The notes: generated by a model from the sequence alone, not told the origin. A stretch of DNA of 64,000 nt from Microbotryum violaceum (GCA_001244265.2 CDLV01000008.1:1860001-1924000), one strand, 5' to 3'; numbered from the stretch's first letter, positions 43,308 through 56,229 are shown. Made by a program: numbers and translations.

Positions 43308-46300
43308 ATGGCTGAGACCCCGTTCGACTATGATTCGTTGCTCGACGATGGCGACGACTCTTTGTTCCTCTTCCCGACCGACGCCGCGCTCACGATGCCG
43401 TCGTCGTCGGCTCGCATCACCGCCCGACCCAAGGCCTCGCTCGCTACCCAGGCCCAGTCGATGCAGATGGGTCCAGGACCATCGACAATACTGCGCAGAC
43501 CAGACTCGCTGCTCGTCAAGAAGAGGGCACCCGATGGCGAGCCCGAAAGGAAACGCTTCAAGGCTGGCGTCGTCAATTCGGCGACGTCCAACCGTCGGTT
43601 GTCAACGGCGAATGATGGCCAGGCCACAACGTCGGCGACCACGAATGGCAACCATCAAACGACGGTGCTGAACGGCAAGCAGAAACAGTGGGCTCATCCT
43701 AACCCTTTTGTCAGCCCTTCGACCTCGGCCTCGATCTCGTCGCCGTCCAAGCCAAGAGGTCGACCCGAAGCCAAGGCCGAGGCCGCTGTCGCCGACGACG
43801 ATGACATGCCGACCATACAAGTCAGAGGGGACGGAGGCTATTCTGTCGTACCCGAACCCCCTCCAGCACCACTGAACCTTGATCGTGGTCCCAGTCAGGG
43901 CTCTGGTCCGAGTGCAAACCTCGACCTCAGTGCTCTGCAAAACTGGGGCCAGACGACCTCGATGCCCCCGAATTATATCTCGTCAGAGTCCACGGCCAAC
44001 AGGGTAGCCGCACTAGCTCCAGCAGCAGGTACGGCGAGGTCATCCAACAAGGTCTCACTAAATGACTCTCGAACATCGCCGATGCAAGAGGTGCAGACGA
44101 CGACGCTCTCGCCGGCAGAAATGGCCGAATTGGCCCAGCTGAGGAAGGACAAGCTCGAAGTGAGTTTGGAAAAGGACGGGTTATAGTTAGGTTTCGATGG
44201 GCCAACACTGATAAACTTGGAACGGCGTACGTGCTGTTGTACGGGTGCGTTCGATTCGTCACAGCTCCAAAACACCCTGCGCCAGAAGCAGGCGGAAATC
44301 GACCAGGCCAAGTTCGCAGTACAGTCAAGACTAGGCGAGATCTCGGTGGTCCGGGCGCGACTGCAACGAGTAAGCAAGCCGGCCGGCCTGAAACCCACCA
44401 CGTTACTGAGAGGCGATCAGAGCAAGTACTGACGCTGATTATTCATCGCCTGCCCTAGGCCGAAAGTGCTCATGCGGCGGTGGCCTTGCAGGAAAAGCAG
44501 CTCCGGACCTCGATGAATGAAAAGATGGAGGCCAAGGAAAAGGAGCACCGGGCCATGATCGAGCGGCTACGCGTCGAGCAAGCCTTTTCGGTAAGAGCTT
44601 TGTACTGCCCTGTTTTTATCTTCATCTTTAGAGAACGCACAACACTGACATCCGTTCTATTGCAGAGGCAAGAACAAGAGACGTCGAGACGGATGGGTTC
44701 CTCGCAGAGACCTGTGGCGTCGCAAAGACGAGGGTCGATGCCGCCGCCACCGTTGCCCTTCGCCTCTAGCCCTTCGCTCAATCGAAGTCGAGGAGGTTAG
44801 TCTGTGCCACCTTTCTGGACTCGAACAAGATTCACCCTCGTTGATTACTCCGGGTCCCGAATATATGATACCAGGTCCACATGCACCCAAGCCAGCGCCG
44901 ACTCCGCGAAAGCAATTCAGCGGCTTCCACAACTCGTTCGAGGGCTCCCCCGCGCCACTCGTACCGCCTTCGACGGACCGCTCGGCCCGGTTCGATTTTG
45001 GTCGCTTCCCGCTTATGTCGAGTCCCGCGCGAGGAAGAAGTGACAAAGGCAAAAGCCGCATGTTGGTCGAGGACGAGGACGACAGCATGGCGCTGGACGG
45101 GGAGGACAGTCGGTTCGAGAGCCGATTCGAGGACGAAGCCGAAGAATTGGAGGCGGCCGAACCGCAGTTCGACGAAGACCCCTTGGTTACGAACGATGAA
45201 CGAGATTGGAGATCAGAGGTACGTAGCCTCTTGGCCTCCGTCGTTTCCGTGCTCCTGCTCCTGCTCATACCCAATGCCCCGTCGCTAACACATGCACTCC
45301 GCCCCACAGATCATCTCGGCGCTATTCAACCACGTCACATACGACCGCTTTGATCAGGAATCTGTGATGGCTCCTCCAGGCTCGACGGCGACGCAGCGCT
45401 TTTCCACCTCGATATTCTCCGCCAGAGGGCCTATGACCACATCCCACGGCTCGACACTGCGCCGCAGCACGGCGGCCGCGTCTAACGGTGCGACCCCCGA
45501 CCGCGTCGTCGCCCCGACGAACCCGGTACCGACGCTGCACGAGATAACCAATATCCGCTTCCCTTCCTACCTCGACCCGAGCCTATCGTTGGTCTACGAT
45601 GACCGATGCCGGGAACTGTTTGGCCTCTTGGGGCGGCGGGCGGACCCATTGGTCGACCCGTCCGAGGATGCGACCCAACAACTCGCCGACGGCATCGTCG
45701 CCGTGTTTGACGGCCTTCTCGATCTGCTCGATCGGGCGGGACTCGTTGGCCCATTGATCAACCTCCTGTCCCTCATCGGTCATCTCGTGCTTTTGTTCCA
45801 ACATTTTGCTAACAGCTACCTCCGGGAGGCCCACACTCTGGAAGCTCGCTCGCGCCACGCCGGGAACGACGCCGCTTCGGACCTGCTGTCTAAAGTTGGG
45901 TCCTTTCTGCGTCGGTACGGACGACCTCTGCCACCGTCTCGCGGCACCACCGACTCGCACCCATCTCGCTCGAGGGCCAAAGAGAGGTCAAAGCGCGTAC
46001 GAGGAATCGCGATGAGGGCGAACGGAAACTCGAACGCCCTCGCGACCCTGCAGGATGACGACCGCATCGAACTCGACCCCACCCGACGCAACGCGCTGCT
46101 CTTTGCCATCGCCGACTTTGTCGAGGCCCTCGCTTGGAGGGCGTCGGAAGCGGGAGAAGAAAGGTGAGCAACGGGAAATGGCTTTCTACCCCCCTTTTAG
46201 TAGTCGCGGCGCGCGTGACGCCAAAGATTGACACTTCCGTCGTTCGGACTATCTTTTTTCACCAGATTCATCGACTTGCTCAAGTCCCCGAACGCGATCA

Positions 46301-47262
46301 ACATCCTGCTCGACCCTCATCACCCCCCGGCCTTGCTCCTGAGCACGACCCGGGCGCTCGCTCTCCTCGCGTGCCGGCCATCCATGTTCCGGAAGATCCT
46401 CGACGTCAAGTTCGAGGATACGAAGCCGGATCCTCGTTCGACCCAGGTGCCCATTCTAGACCGATTCGGCGCGCTGCTGCAACTCAACGGCACACGCGAC
46501 CCCTTACAACCGGCCTATAAGCTTCACATGGCCGTTTTGTCTCTCCTCTCGACGCTGTTAACCCGGCACGACGACGTGCTCGTCATCATTTCGACTTCGG
46601 CGTCGTTGATCCCCGAGGTGCTCGACAAGCTGTTCAAGGACACGCGTACCTTGTGGGACCACGACGGGAGTGATCTGAGCGATACGACCCGCGCTCGAAT
46701 TAAGAGGTGAGACCATGACCGCCCAATAGAGTAAAGAGGGGAGAGGGCCTCGCTCGCTAACGATCGTTTCGAGGGGGTTCCGTCTTTGCAGGGTCGCCGC
46801 TCGTCTTTCGGCGACAGTGCACATCTTCCACTATTTGACGTGCGCCCTCGGGTCGACGATCAAGATTGGCGAGTGGTTCAGCGAATCGGCCTACTCGGGA
46901 TTGCATGATCGCTTCAACGTCGCTTTCGGGACGTTGGCATTTGGGAACTTGCCCGAGTGGGCCGAGGAAACACCGGAGGGGGACGAGCTGATCCGGCTGA
47001 GCTGTAAGCACGTTTAAACAAACCCCGGAGCTTTGCTCTAGCAGCGACTTAGAGATCTGTAAATTCCCTTACAGTCCTTGCTCAGGAGATCATGGAGGAC
47101 GTGTCACCACAGGAAGCCGACGAGATGGAAGTATGCTTTGCAGTTCCCGGCGAGGAAGGGCTCGGCGCTGGATCGGGGCAGGAGGAATTAGTCGAGGCCG
47201 TGGAGGAGGGCGACGAGGATGAAGAGATGGTGATTCGAGACTTATCACAGCAAGGCGTATGA
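43308..47262 (+). CDS. Probable Rad26/ATRIP-like checkpoint protein (multi-exon)
   Basis: Disordered N-terminus, coiled coil with GEISVVRARL...ERLRVEQAFSRQE pattern and helical C-terminal region. The family assignment is a motif-based inference; the gene itself is well supported. Confidence 0.55.
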
Positions 47263-47488
47263 AATGACAGGTCTCTTCAGGAACGGAGTGACGGGCTTAA
47301 ATAGGAGTACCTGAGCCGTGACGACAAGCAGCGAGACGAGGCCGCTCGCCGGTCGCCGAGTCGCGGGGTTACTAACAGCTGGCAGGTTTATGTGGAGCAG
47401 GTCTCAGCTCGAGCGCTCGTCTGAGACATCGTTCGACTCCTTCGTAGAGCGCGCGAGCGAAGCCAAGTTAGAGGGCGCTGGCCGTGTC

Positions 47489-47684
47489 CAGGGAGTGCTA
47501 ACTTCGTCAACTTCAGGCGCGCGCGCGCGCTTGAGGCGCGCTTGAGGCGCGCTTGAGGCGCGCTTGAGGCGCGCTTGAGGCCCGATTAGGCATGAAGTTG
47601 GCGAAGTTAGCAGGGGCGTGGGGGAAGTTGGCAGAAAGACGGGGGAAGTTGGCATTGGCCCACGGGAAGTTAGCAGAAGTCACG
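47489..47684. repeat. Transposon-end-like structure: 20-bp inverted repeat around an 11-bp x5 tandem array, plus repeated GAAGTTRGC motifs
   Basis: 47496-47515 versus 47593-47612 match 19/20 in reverse complement. GCGCGCTTGAG x5 at 47525-47579. Confidence 0.75.
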
Positions 47685-49166
47685 TGTCCCCCGCGGCGCG
47701 ACAATCGCATCGAGCTCTTTCGCAGCCCCCTTACCTGTCCTGATCTATGTATGCCCAACGTCCGCACTTCTTCGGCCTTCGAGCCAACACAACGTATTTT
47801 TCCACGTCACCGCAAGACTCGCCCTCAATTGTTGATCTCATCCGATGCCGTTCAGCAAAGCCGATCGAAACGATTTGGCGTGAACAGCACGCCTGGGCGA
47901 GACACTGAACTAGCACACTTTACACTTTACGTTGACAAAGACACGGAGTTGGGCTGTAATCCAATGCTCATCAACCTACATGAGCCATCGATCGAGCAAG
48001 ACTGCCATTAATCTAGCATCACGAGCGCACCGACGTCAGGCTCCCGAGGTCCGCCGTCCACCGCGTTCCATCGTCGTCAACCGCCTACAACGTCCCAAAG
48101 CATTCTTGAAGACGACCAGACCGATAAAGAAGCAAGTAGCAAACTTGGAATACCCGCTGAGCAATACCTTCAGCTAAGCCAAGTTCAGGAGTCGCTGATA
48201 AGGATCAGGTCGGAGCCAACGTTGGTCGACCACGATCATTGGACTACGCAAGAAGTGCAGGTCAATGGTAACAGCTCGAATACTAAGGATCGTCTCGTTG
48301 ATATCCATTGCTAAGCTGACATCCATCGTCACAACATCTGCCATGAAATGGAGCCGTTAGAGAAAAGGTACCGTGAGTCCTCGCCCGACCATTAGCCCGT
48401 TCCCCCTGCCACTCCATCTCGTGTACTGAAGTCGGCGTTTCTGTGTTCCCCGTTCCCAGAGGAGTGACTAGAAATAAATCCGTTCATGTTACGATACCCA
48501 GTCCAACTCGTTCAACGCATCTATAGTCATTTTGAGCTACCCTTCGCTTCGACTTTAGTTCTACCGAGCCCACCCGGTCCGTATGGTCAAAGATCCGAAC
48601 GGACGCCGTCTCAAGTGAGCAGAGCAACGGACAAAGTCAGTTACTACTAAGAAAAATCGAACACACTTTACAAGCATCAGACGGCAAGAGTGTCGGGTCT
48701 TGTGCTCCCCCGGCGATTGAGGATTTGGAACTGCGGCGGGACGAAATCGTGACGCTATGCAACCACTAAGATCGGAACACAAGGAGGATACAGATTAGCT
48801 CCACGACCTGCCATCCAGCGTGCCATCACTTCGCGCTACCAACAGCCTTTGTATGAAGCTCGCAAGAAGAAGGACTGGCGTGAGTTCATGCTCGGCGGAC
48901 CATATGACAAGATCTTCTGACCTCGGCTTGATCCTTATCGGCATCGGTATCGATCGGCATCCTTCCCTGCGCTTCTCTCATGGGCATCCTCGGTATCTTG
49001 ATATTTCATCGATCAATTTACGAATTATTCCACCATTCAGGATGTGCTCCAACGGATACCAGCGCAACAAAACGGTCCTCAAGAACGGTGATTCGAGACT
49101 CGTTGGTAGCTCGGATTGGCCTCGCCGAACCCGCGATCTCAATCGACCGTTGCCTTACTCTAAGCA

Positions 49167-50419
49167 TTGGAACTCCAAACGGTAAGATTTTTGCGCAGTT
49201 TCTCGCTTACCTTGCCGAGACATCGGGTACGTATTTCGGTGGGAGTTGGACCGAATGCTGACCCTATGACACACCCAACAGCTTCGGGCTCGATCCTCCG
49301 AGCCGTTCTACTCCCCACGAGCGCCCCCGACTCCCCTTCCCCCTCCGAGCCCCTAACAATAACCCTCAACGATGCCCTCCCCTCCTCCCTCAACCCCACT
49401 TCGGTAGGCCTCCAATCCTGGGGCTCCTCCATACTCCTAGCCCGAATGATCGCGTTGAACCCAACGTCCTTCGGCATCGCCCGAGGCGAAATGAACGTAC
49501 GCTCGAACTCGGCGCGGGCACGGGTTTACTCTCGCTGGTTTAGAAAGGTATGAGTGAGCGGTTGGATGTGGTTGGGGAGGAGGTGATTGCGACAGATTAT
49601 CATGAGGCCGTTCTGGAGAATTTGAGGAGGTGGGTGACGGGCATGATCAGGGCTTTTGAAAACTGTCTGACATCCTTCTCTTCGATCCCTCGCCTCAGGA
49701 ACATTGCCTCCAACACCGCCGCCATCTCCCCTTCAAGTTCCCCTCTCAACTCCCCCCTCGTTCGACCCTCGGACTCGCACCCCGGGTCGCCCCTCCTAGC
49801 CCCCACACCAAACCTCCTTTCCAACGTCCCCGTCGTAACAGCCTACAAACTCGACTGGTCCGCCGTACACTCATCATCCCTGCTGTTCTCCTCCACCACC
49901 AACTCGCCCCTGCACCTCCCCCCACCCTTCGACCGACCGTTTCACACCCTTCTAGCAGCGGACGTGATTTACGGACCCGAGCATGCGCTGTGGCTCAAGT
50001 CTTGCGTACAACAATTCCTGATCCAACCAAATCAGTATACGCCGAAACCGAGGAAAAGAAGAGTTGTGCAAACTCCAACTCCCTTCAGTCTCGATAGCGT
50101 CAAAGACGCCCTCGTCGGCGTCGAGCTCGACAGTGTACGAACGACCGTACCCACCCCAACAACTTCGGAAGCTCAATCCTCGTCCACCTCTGTTCCCTCC
50201 CCAGCCTTCCACCTGATCGTCCCCCTACGTTCCCATCACGCTAATGCCATTACCTCCATAGCGACCGTCTTCCCTCTAGCTTCCTCCCTCCCACCACGCA
50301 CATCCCCCGATGATCCTTACCGCGTAGCCATCAAGAGAATGACAGAGTTACACAGGGTGAAAGGTATCGGAAGAGCGGACGAGGAGAGTTATCGGTTGTA
50401 CGAGATTGGTTGGTGCTAG
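49167..50419 (+). pseudogene. Disrupted SAM-dependent lysine methyltransferase (Methyltransf_16, EFM2-like); 5' end unresolved
   Basis: VGLQSWGSSILLAR, LELGAGTGLLSL, IATDYH and LLAADVIY motifs. Frameshift at ~49500 and in-frame TAG at 49541-49543. Confidence 0.72.
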
Positions 50420-50584
50420 ATCTCGATTAGTAGGCAGGCCCAAGTTCGTGAGCTCTCGTTCGTTTTGCTTGAAGACTAGAAAGTTATTCAATACCTTGTT
50501 CTACAGTAAAAGTACCCCACCGCACAATCAGTTGTTCTTCCCGTGTTTTTTATTCTAATTTGTAATGTCTGTAACCCCTTGCTT

Positions 50585-52160
50585 CTATCTTTCTAGAAAG
50601 TTCACAGAGAACTTTGATATTGCAACACCCCATCTACGCCATCTAAGGTTCCGTCCCTCCTCTATCTTTCCTACGACCCTCCTTCGAACCACGTTCCGAA
50701 GAGCACCAAAAGCAGAGACGTCCCTCGAACCTTTTGGATGTATGTAGGTCCCCTTCGCCACCACCACGTTCGTTTATCCACCGCCTAAGCCCGATCATAA
50801 GAAGCCCCACCCGCTTTCCTAAGTCTCGTCACAATAGGCCCCTAAGCTCAAAGCCAACAGGAAAGAAAAAACCGGCATCAGCGCCCAACTCGCCTCAACT
50901 CAACAAATTATCTGACCGAAACGAAAAGGGGACAAGGTAGAAGGTAAAAGGTAAAAAGCGACCCTGCGTCGAAACTAACCTCATCCAAATCGTCCTCGTT
51001 CTCAGCTTGTACTTCGATACTAAAAGCGCGCAAGGCCTTCTGTACCTCGGATTTATGTACCGAAGTTTTGGCTTTACGCATCACTCGTACGCCGGAGCCG
51101 ACTGGGACGAAAAGAAATGGTCACAGTCAATGACAATGGAGGGGGGAATCAGGTCGCTTCAATCTTTGAACCGAAACTTTGGTACTGTGACTCGAAGGGG
51201 GTGGGACGTACTATAGGTGATGAAGATGAATTTATCCCCCGTTGATTCCTTGTCGTTCGAGTAAGTCTATAAATCACCCCCACAAAACGAATATTGAATC
51301 AAACCAGCAATTCTCCCAATCTCCAAAAATGCAGCACGTAGACTGACGATCCTCGCATAGGCGAAGCTAGCCCTCTCATCCGCGAACTTGGTCTTGAGTT
51401 CGTCCAAACCCTGTTTCGAAAACACAGCATAAGCACTCGATCTCCCAGGTTCCATGACCTTTCTTGATTTAGAATAGATTGAACGCCGGTGCCTGTAGCA
51501 GTCAAGTTCAACTTGTCCGATTTGTCCGATTTGTCCCCTTCGGTATCTAGAAGCAACCAATTCGTTTCCGATTTATGTGTGACCCCACAAAAACGAGGGA
51601 ACCAGTATATGCTCTCAGATGACCCATTTTTTCGCACTTGAATCGTCCCTTATCCAAGCCTCGAGCCTGTGAGCCCGCTAGAGTGATCGCACGTCATCGT
51701 GGTCGTTGTTCGCGAGTGCGCAACAGACCCGAAATCCTTTCCCATCTATTCCCATCTAGATTGGCCCTCAACGCTTTTCTCAAAATACGCCAACTCGTAC
51801 CATTTCGAACGTCCTCATCAGCAGCGGCGACATCAGGTGAAGGGACGTCGGCCTGTGGAGGTGGAGGTGGAGAGAAGTCGGGTTCAGTGTTCGTCAATGA
51901 TTCAACACAGTACGGTGTAATGTCGAAGAGAGCGCAGGGTCAACTGACCATGTTTTGATGAGGATGGGTTGCGCGTGAAGGTGAAGGTGGTACAACAAGG
52001 GAGGGATGAGGGAAGGGACTCGGAGGAGGTCGTGGAGGTCGGCGGGGTGCCAAGTGGAGCTGAACACAGGCGCGTGGGGGCACGGACCGGGTAAGCCTAA
52101 GCCAGGGTTGCGTTCATTTCTCAATTCGGATACTGAGACATTATCCTCTGGGAAGACGGT
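50585..52160 (-). pseudogene. Possible decayed protein-coding gene, unidentified
   Basis: Series of protein-like minus-strand ORF fragments in shifting frames with stops. No family recognised. Confidence 0.3.
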
Positions 52161-52563
52161 GAGTTTGTCATAGTCTTAGATCCGCACCAGCATCTTCATA
52201 CCAAGCAGAGCCCGATTTCCCATTCCCCCTAAATAGTACCGGATAATTTCGTGTCTACATGATGCATAGGTACCCCCGCCATCATCTTGATCACTCCTGT
52301 GCTCTTGCAATTATATAATCCTCCTCACCGCCCAAGAACCGGTCAACGTCCGTATGTAACCGGAACTGTGCCTGCCGTTCCTCGGGCCAGTTACACACTA
52401 TTTCGAAATAGAACGTGTTCGGTGTGATGTGCCGCTTATCGCAAGCCGATCGCCTTGCCTCTTCGTACTTTGCTGCTTGGGCGCGGTCTCGAATCGCCCT
52501 TCGTTCGGCGTCGCGCGCAGCCCGGGCTTCGACGATGCGAGACTTCGCAACCATATACTCGCC

Positions 52564-53611
52564 TTAGCTTTGAACGAGTTTACTCCACTGGGAGCGAGAT
52601 TGGGTAACTGGCGTTTGTGGAGAGTGCCGAGGTCGTACTAGGTCCGAATAGTCATCATCTCGAGCACGCTTACTAGTCCCGCGCCTAGTAGTAGTTCGCA
52701 TGGGCCCCCCAATCGGCTCGTTGAGCGCTACCATGACCCGATCGGTAAATTTTAGCACTGATCCGATGCTGCAACCGGACCACTGGACGGCCCCCTTTGC
52801 CGAGGCCCGGTTCCCATAGCCACCAAAGCGCCACAACGCGACGGCGAGTTGGATTCTTGGCGACGTCTGAGGTTTTCTTCCTCGGGACTTGAACACGGCG
52901 TGATCCTTTATCTGACAAAACATGATCGAGCAGCCGATCAGGCCACAGAACTAAGGCACCAGCGATCTCACACGATCATGAGGAACTCACAACTTTATAT
53001 AACTCGTCGAACGCCTTCTTGCTCATGCGAATATTCGTCAAGAAAAAGTCGTGGTCTCGATCATTGCGATCCACATGATCCAAACACCTCATCAGCCCGT
53101 GTCCGGGTCCTCTGCCGGCGTATCTCTTTGCCCTATTCGCGTAGCGTTGTGCCGCGAGTTCTTCTTCTTTGCGGAGCAACATCTCTAGGTGGTCATGAAG
53201 AGCCTGTATTAAGCTGTAGTTCATGCGAAAGTGATCGGAGCGGAGCGTCCTCAGCCTGTCAAGAAGGTCAGACCAATCGTCGGACACTTGGGACGATTCG
53301 GGCCAAAATTGGGAAAGCCAAGAATCAACGGGTACAGTTTCCGGGCTAGAGGATCGATTGACTGTTCCGTTGATAACATTGACGGATCGCAGCTCTTCCG
53401 ACGATGAGAAAGAGGCAGCTGCAGACAACGACGCGTCCGAGTTGGTACCGGTGTCCATCGCGTCCGACAACACGAAGTCGGACTCCATCTCCGTAATCTC
53501 CAGCAGAATGGATTCGTTGAGGGATAAAAGTTCTTGAAGACCCCTCTCCGTTTGTTCAATTTCGAACCGAACATCATCACGTTTCCGTTGAATAGCGCTT
53601 TGGCGGACCAT
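52564..53611 (-). mobile_element. PIF/Harbinger transposase remnant (N-terminal/HTH part; DDE domain missing)
   Basis: FLTNIRMSKKAFDELY...IKDHAVFKSRGRKPQ...QLAVALWRFGGYGNRAS...GCSIGSV..FTDRVMVAL pattern, then an abrupt switch to unrelated sequence. No TIRs identified. Confidence 0.72.
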
Positions 53612-54125
53612 CGTGAGCAGTTGAGAACGTCGAAAGCCGAGAGATAGTAACGCGGATTCTCGCGCTCGAGACGCGCGTCGCGATGCTCGCGCTTCGGAAC
53701 CGCGCCGCTGTCGCCTGGATCGCGGCTGAAGTGTGTGACTAGAGGCGCTTGGCAGCCAATGGCGGCCTCGGTTCGAACGAGGTGTGTTTCATGATTCGAT
53801 CTCGGTGCAACTCTTTCGGCTGAGTAGAATGATGGGACCGACACCGTGCAGGAACAGGAACAGGATCATCAGGAGGTGAAGTGAAAGTCACCGGCTCAAC
53901 TGTCGGAAGAGAGTGAACAGTTTCGCAATTTTTGGGTTGACCGCTGCAGGACCGTTCCACGGAACTCCAGCATCGAGGAAGGCGATACTGATAGGTCTTT
54001 TTTGCCAAAGGTAAGCCGCTGGATGGTCGATGAAGACCACCGGTGCATATTAACCCTGGGCGTCCCCGACGTACTGCCACCTCCGAGTCCATTTATGTAT
54101 ACCGGCCACGACGAGGAGCTGAGGA

Positions 54126-54536
54126 TGTTACGATCACCCGTCCAAGCTTCGAATTGGTTCCATCTGCTTCCACGTTCTTCTTTGATTCGATTCCATCGTC
54201 GCGCTCCTTGGCCGTTTCATCGGCGTCCATCGGCTTCCATTTCTCAATTATGGATCTCGAGCTTCGGGCTCATTCTCTTGCTTTCATTCGATTCGCTTCT
54301 ATTAGCTTCTACTCGCTTCTAGTTCCTTCTACACACGTCCTCCATTCTTTGAGATAGTTCCATAACCTTCGATAACATTCCACGGGTTTTACTATAAAAG
54401 CCGGCCCATTTGTAGACGCTCCTTTGCTTCCTGCAAGCAACAACATCGTCCTTGATCCATAGTCCCTAGTCCCTAGTCCCAATCTATCTCGAGAGCCACC
54501 ACCTTGACCCACTTCCGTTGCTTCACGGTCCTAACC
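54126..54536 (+). mobile_element. Solo-LTR-like element with TATA box (TATAAAAG 54393-54400)
   Basis: Begins TGTTACGA and has a CTTC-rich body. Collinear similarity to the LTR-like sequence at 29502-29715. Ends GGTCCTAACC rather than ...CA; no TSD. Confidence 0.5.
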
Positions 54537-55782
54537 TGCTTTCACACTCGAGACTCCCTCGCACCTCGTCTTTCCCTCGTCCACACCGTTTAGCCCCGCC
54601 TAGAAGGTTTCCCTTGCCGCGAGGACCGTCTACGTTGGCGCCCGTAGAGAGTGTAGCGAGACTATGCGGGCGCCGGTGTCCGTAGCAGCAGTTCAGGATT
54701 CGACAAGCCAGAGCGAAGGCTGTCGTAACAAACGTGAGGACGACGCAGAAGTCGGTTGCAAAACTCGAAAGTATCGAAACTCGCATCATCATACTGGTCT
54801 TTCTTACCGACTTCTGCGTCGTCCTCACGTTTGTTGCGACAGCCTTCACTCTGGCTTATCCAATCCTGAACTGCTGCTACGGACACCGGCGCCCGCATAG
54901 TCTCGCTACACTTTGCAACGGTGTTGTCTCGAGCATACCGGTCGAGCGACGAGGCCTTCTCCCAGGTCAAAAATGTTTCGGCCAGCAGGAACAAGAAGCA
55001 TGCGATGGGGAAAAGCATTTTCATCAAGGCAGCGTTGAAATACACATAGAAGGTGGAGATGCGAGTCAGTGAAAAGCATTGGGACGAAAAGCTTTTCGAC
55101 TCTAGTGGCTTACTTGACGGTGGGGCGGAGGGACGGACGCGGTATGAAAGTCGTCACCTCCATCGCGCTCAAGAAGCCGAGCCCGGCACCGAAGCGAAGG
55201 TACGACTTCACTCGTAGATAGTAAAATATTAAAGTTGCGAAACCTCCCAAAGCCAAGAAGATGTCGAATAGTACATGATCTGATGAGTCAAAGGTCGCAT
55301 AAGCATGATGACTGCTACCCGTGTCCAGTCTGCTTTTTGGTCTCGGAAGCAATTCGCATCGTCGTGAAAAGGGTGAACTCACGGTCATGGACGAACATAT
55401 ACCAAAGATGTCTCGCAGAAGACGTCGCCCAAGCGACTGTGTTGTGGAATGCGGAGCGAAGGTATGACTGTCGAACAGACGGCCGTGGGGTGACGTCGGT
55501 GGAGGGTGACGGTGACCTGGGGGTCAAGACCGGTGCAGCGGCGGCATTTGCGCTGATTTGGGGCTGTTGTTCAGCAAATCTGCTGGGAGAGAAGGGAGCG
55601 AGATCGGCAGTCAACAGCTGCTCGCTATTCGCTGAGAAAGCAGAGAGAAAGGGGATAGGCAACGTACGAGAGCTGCGACATACTCGAGCGCAGCTATCAA
55701 AGGTCCCCCCGGGCTCGGGCGATGGAGGTGGGGTGGAGATGAGCGAAGTGAGCCTGACGGAGTCGGTAGCGTGGTAGTCCAC
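54523..55782 (-). pseudogene. Decayed multi-pass (about 4 TM) membrane-protein gene containing the fold-back
   Basis: Hydrophobic segments HVLFDIFLALGGFATLIFYYL, FGAGLGFLSAMEV, FNAALMKMLFPIACFLFLLAETFL and FATDFCVVLTFVTTAFALACRIL. First intron intact; second intron has donor and branch motif but no AG for ~100 nt. No clear ATG. Confidence 0.45.
54650..54912. repeat. Long inverted repeat: 107-bp arms (54650-54756, 54806-54912), 49-nt loop, 4 mismatches
   Basis: Direct reverse-complement comparison gives 103/107 identity; differences at 54701, 54704, 54714 and 54726. Confidence 0.97.
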
Positions 55783-56001
55783 AGAAGAGATTTAGGATAT
55801 TGGGGAAGTTCGAGAGCTTGAACATGTTTCAGACTTATGGTTCAGCTGAAACGGGGGGAGTAGGAAAAGGTAAGAGGAAGAAAAAGGGTTGTGAGGGATG
55901 GGCCAGAGACGATTTCAGCGACCCCGAGCTCTGAGAGCCTCCAATTACTACTCGCGAGCGCGCTCCGTCATTAAACTTGGACTGACGGATAATCTATTCT
56001 A

Positions 56002-56229
56002 CTAGTTACGGGTGCTCAGGGGCACTACTGCGCACAGCGTGATTCAGGGAACCTCGGCGAACAGTCGCTGGCCGACCCATGCTGAAACGGCGCTAGCTAG
56101 TTCCGGGGACACGCTGGTCCGAGAGCTGGCTATGACGTCACGCCACGTGGTTTGCCTCCGTGGTTTGTCTCCCGTTCTCTGACGTTCTTTGACGTTCTTT
56201 GTCTCGACGACGTTTTTACTACCTCTCAA
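56002..56229 (-). mobile_element. Mini-Helitron (3' part; its 5' 13 nt lie at 58547-58535 beyond nested copy 3)
   Basis: GTGC-CCCTGA-GCAC hairpin then CTAG|T at 56002. Core shared with 33051-33130. A|TCTCTTTATACTA at 58547. Confidence 0.55.

Noticed and set aside
47525-47579. Tandem repeats here and at 27861 and 32236 as CRISPR-like arrays
   Set aside because: No unique spacers, no cas genes, eukaryotic context.
54662-55045. 127-aa ORF as a stand-alone secreted peptide precursor
   Set aside because: It has a GTG start inside a broken intron region, and its second half is the reverse complement of its first. Better explained as part of the decayed gene plus the fold-back.
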